DNA of 64,000 bases, taken from a virus. The DNA lies in the IMG/VR virus record IMGVR_UViG_3300050026_000388, positions 1 through 64,000 of that record; one strand, given 5' to 3'. Made by a program: the position numbers and the translations under genes. Position 1 is the stretch's first letter; the number at the start of each line of letters is the position of its first letter. The notes below the pieces were generated by a model that was not told the origin of the DNA, did not search any database, and was given only the letters and a program-made list of their open reading frames with translations. Positions 61,200 to 64,000 of the stretch are shown here, one piece after another.

Positions 61200-61964
61200 A
61201 TGAAGAACAAAGTATACTTCGATGATGAAAGCGATAGTATAGAGTATCTTAATCCACTATTCAACCACGTTGAGTCAGGGAACGAATCTGATGGTATGTT
61301 TGTTACGTTTCCGAGTGAGACTATTGGTAACTTTTTCTATGGGTACATTGATAAAGTTGCAGGTACAAAAGAAGTTGGGATAATTCCTGCCTACTCGCTA
61401 CTCACTGGTTGTATCGCAATTACTACTACAGCTTTTAACGGCAACATTACCATTAATATAGGTGACGCTGGCGATACGGACGGGATACTTCCTGACGCGA
61501 GCATAACAAAGACCCTTAACGCGGTCAGCGGAGAGGACCCCGCAACCTATGGGGTATATCTATGGAATGTTGGCGCTCAGACAAAAACAGCGGGGGACTA
61601 TTCAGTTACGGCGTGGCCCGCTCTTACGACAGGGGGAGACTGGACGGTTGCTCCGTTGGATTCACAGCCACAGACCCAAACTAAAACACCCGCAGCACTA
61701 AGTGGGGCAGGAACGCAAACCAAGACTGCAACGAACTGGGCAGTAACAACATATGGTCACGCAAAACAGAAGTTGTATACTGCAGACACACTTATTAATG
61801 CAACGGTCGCGCAAACAACAACGACGGTAGGGATGCTTGTTGTTTATATCCTCTATACACCCCTAGCATCACCACAGTTAGGGCTTGTAAAAGAAGTGCA
61901 GGAAATTGAAGAAGTTCCACACAAACGCAGCCATCACAAAAAAGGGAGGCGCAGTGAGTTATAG
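61200..61964 (+). CDS. Virion structural protein, paralog of 60639..61190
   Basis: Shared DGILP.ASITKTLNAVSGED block. Confidence 0.5.
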   Translation: MKNKVYFDDESDSIEYLNPLFNHVESGNESDGMFVTFPSETIGNFFYGYIDKVAGTKEVGIIPAYSLLTGCIAITTTAFNGNITINIGDAGDTDGILPDASITKTLNAVSGEDPATYGVYLWNVGAQTKTAGDYSVTAWPALTTGGDWTVAPLDSQPQTQTKTPAALSGAGTQTKTATNWAVTTYGHAKQKLYTADTLINATVAQTTTTVGMLVVYILYTPLASPQLGLVKEVQEIEEVPHKRSHHKKGRRSEL

Positions 61965-62384
61965 AAGATTCAGCTCAGCGCACCGGCGCACAGAGGCAGA
62001 GGGCCTACAGCCAGACGGCAAGCACCACGGCGAACAGCGGCTTTACACGCGCAACCCCACCGACATTGAGCGGATGACCGGCATCCCATATCCTAAAGAG
62101 GACTGGAAGGACGGCATTCAAGTCGGCCCGCACACGACAGAACCCACCTTACGATTACAGAACTACACCCACGACGTGCCAATGGAAAAGCGCACGACGT
62201 GCGTGTCTTGTAAACATGCCACTAACCACAAAGAAATAAGTGGCGGGATACACGAGTGCTGGTGCCGGGATGCGTTCGTTAAGGGCGCGTCTGGATGGAA
62301 GCGGGTTCCTACTGAATTGAATGATAATGGCTGCCGCGATTGGCTGCCAGCGCATCACGATTGTATCGGCTAGACGGCTAGAGA

Positions 62385-62732
62385 ATGAAGGTTATCATAA
62401 TGGATAAAGAAAAAGCTAAAGAGTGCAGATGCAACGGAGAAATCAAATGCAGCACCCATCTTGCTAATAAACTCGACGGCGAACCGTTCTGCGCTAACGG
62501 CCCCGCAAAGGCCAAAACAATCGTAGAAGGCGGATGCAACTGCCAAGGTTGCCCGATTCATAAGGATTTCGCAGGCGTACAGTTCTGTATGGGCAACGAG
62601 GTAACGGAAGTCCGCAAAAGCACAGAGGAAACGGTTATAGATTTAACACCCGCTGGAACTGTTGCGAACGCGAACCCCAAAGTAATTGATTTAACTAACG
62701 AGAATTTAAACTATAAACAGGAGAATAGATAA
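62385..62732 (+). CDS. Cys-rich hypothetical protein
   Basis: Multiple Cys, CNCQGCP. Confidence 0.5.
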   Translation: MKVIIMDKEKAKECRCNGEIKCSTHLANKLDGEPFCANGPAKAKTIVEGGCNCQGCPIHKDFAGVQFCMGNEVTEVRKSTEETVIDLTPAGTVANANPKVIDLTNENLNYKQENR

Positions 62733-63220
62733 TGTCTTCAGGAAGTCACGTATGGTCAAAAGGGCTACAGCTCATCACAGATGGTAACACCGCGGGTAGC
62801 CCGGCATTTGCAAGTTGGAGAAGCATCGCGGCAGGCACGTACACGGGTTCATGGCGCTGTGCCCTCGGGACGGCAGTAGGAACGTATACCTCGTCCCAGT
62901 TGCTTTCGGCATGTACCGAAATAACAGGAACGAACTATGCGCAATACGGCGCAGGTCCTATGGCAACGAACAGCGTTGCGATTGACGGCACGCTGGCCAC
63001 ACATGTTGAATATGTCAGTTCAGGCAGCCCACAATGGACAAGCGCATCGTTCACCGCGGATTATGCAATTATAATCGCGTCATTGGGGACGACATCAAGT
63101 CCAGTGCTGTGCAATTTCGACTTTGCCGGCGATAAAACCGTAACAGCAGGCACGTTCACGTTAACATTCGGAACGGACAGCGTAACGGCTAACAGCGTTT
63201 TCAACCTCGTAATATCGTAG
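62732..63220 (+). CDS. Virion structural protein
   Basis: EITGTNY..WTSASFTA.YAII..DF..DKTVTAGTFTL is a common phage structural family. Confidence 0.6.
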   Translation: MSSGSHVWSKGLQLITDGNTAGSPAFASWRSIAAGTYTGSWRCALGTAVGTYTSSQLLSACTEITGTNYAQYGAGPMATNSVAIDGTLATHVEYVSSGSPQWTSASFTADYAIIIASLGTTSSPVLCNFDFAGDKTVTAGTFTLTFGTDSVTANSVFNLVIS

Positions 63221-63335
63221 GTAGGGGTAGCGATGCCCCATCTATACATTTTTCCTACGTATAGGGATAGTTTAGCTGGCGGCATCGTAAGTATCACAGG
63301 AATAAAATGACGGTAGACGTAGACGGCAGTAGACA

Positions 63336-64000
63336 ATGACTGGTGTTACCACCTACCAGGGGTCATTTACTACACCTGCTAGTGGAACAACTACGGTTAG
63401 TACCGTCGGTTTCCAACCCAATGCTATTATCTTTTGGGTCAGCGGCGCGTGCGGCACGACTAACGATACGTGGACAACGACCGGTATAGAGAGTAGCACT
63501 GGATTTGCGGCCTTTGATGGCACAAACTATTATAATGCTACTATCACATACATGGCAAAATACGCCACGTCCGGTGGCGAAACGTGCGGTCTAAATCAAG
63601 ACGCCACAAACTGTTTTAATGTATATAGTACCGCAGGGGCGCAATTAGTAGCTGGCCACGTAAGCAGCGTTTCGAGCAGCGGTTTTGTTATCACGTACGG
63701 CGCGGCTGCCGCAAACTATGTAATTCACTACCTCTGCATCGGCGGCGATGTCGATAAGGCGTGTATTACTACCATGGCGATGGATACGTCGGCTACGTCG
63801 CCGCAGACGTATCAACAGTTCACACTGCCCAACAGCAATTCATGGACTCCTTCGGCGGTAATGTTCCTTACAACTACAAGCAGCACTACTGGTTTTGCTT
63901 ATGGCACCTCATCAGCCTATTATGGCGTCACGGTGTTGGGTGCTATGGATGCTGCAGGAAACCAAAATAGTGTATCGGCGTGGACTCACGGTGAGACATC
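63336..64000 (+). CDS. Thr/Ser-rich virion protein, 3'-truncated
   Basis: Frame is open to the window end and contains VGFQPNAIIFW. Absent from the ORF track because there is no stop. Confidence 0.65.
   Translation, partial: MTGVTTYQGSFTTPASGTTTVSTVGFQPNAIIFWVSGACGTTNDTWTTTGIESSTGFAAFDGTNYYNATITYMAKYATSGGETCGLNQDATNCFNVYSTAGAQLVAGHVSSVSSSGFVITYGAAAANYVIHYLCIGGDVDKACITTMAMDTSATSPQTYQQFTLPNSNSWTPSAVMFLTTTSSTTGFAYGTSSAYYGVTVLGAMDAAGNQNSVSAWTHGET

Larger units (their letters stand above)
1..64000 (+). mobile_element. Tailed (Caudoviricetes) archaeal virus or provirus genome segment
   Basis: TerL, HK97-type portal, prohead protease, major capsid, MuF and tail genes are present. Almost all genes are on +, with archaeal GGTGA SD motifs and TATA boxes. 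No host housekeeping genes seen. Confidence 0.93.

Noticed and set aside
1-64000. Genome-wide TAG recoding (several TAG stops are followed in frame by ATG, e.g. 2714, 26708, 60629, 61190)
   Set aside because: The C1A gene ends in TAG exactly where its paralogous domain ends in TAA. Conserved genes have no internal TAG, and the 9-12-nt gaps match normal SD spacing.
1-64000. Diversity-generating retroelement, retron or tRNA genes
   Set aside because: No reverse-transcriptase motifs, no TR/VR pair with A-specific mismatches, and no tRNA cloverleaf or T-loop seen by eye.

Overview
The window looks like most of the genome of a tailed archaeal dsDNA virus (HK97-fold, siphovirus-like). Archaeal signs are GGTGA Shine-Dalgarno motifs, TATA-box promoters, a SWIM-IS6 transposase, archaeal RHH proteins and an Hjc-like resolvase. 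A Halobacteriota/methanogen-type host is an inference only. The layout is: distal tail genes and a membrane/lysis cassette (1-6.9 kb); an array of about 25 micro-ORFs joined by a near-invariant GGTGAAAAATGAC junction (7.7-13.3 kb); a candidate origin; and an intact 4,840-bp IS6-family cargo transposon (16553-21392) with 52-bp inverted ends, an 8-bp target duplication and a HATPase/STAS pair. Next come recombination and nuclease genes, a DNA methyltransferase, and a packaging module whose TerL is split and carries a class 3 intein starting with Glu. About 17 kb of accessory genes follow (C1A peptidase, MuF-ADP-ribosyltransferase, GT2), then portal, protease, capsid and decoration genes. The most notable items are a three-gene domain-swapped set of putative envelope hydrolases, the cargo transposon, the micro-gene array, a genome-wide TTRAC-N4-GTYAA operator, and about 11 HNH/His-Me nucleases. 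I found no recognisable polymerase, primase, helicase, integrase, tRNA or CRISPR array. All calls come from reading motifs by eye; no database searches were run.
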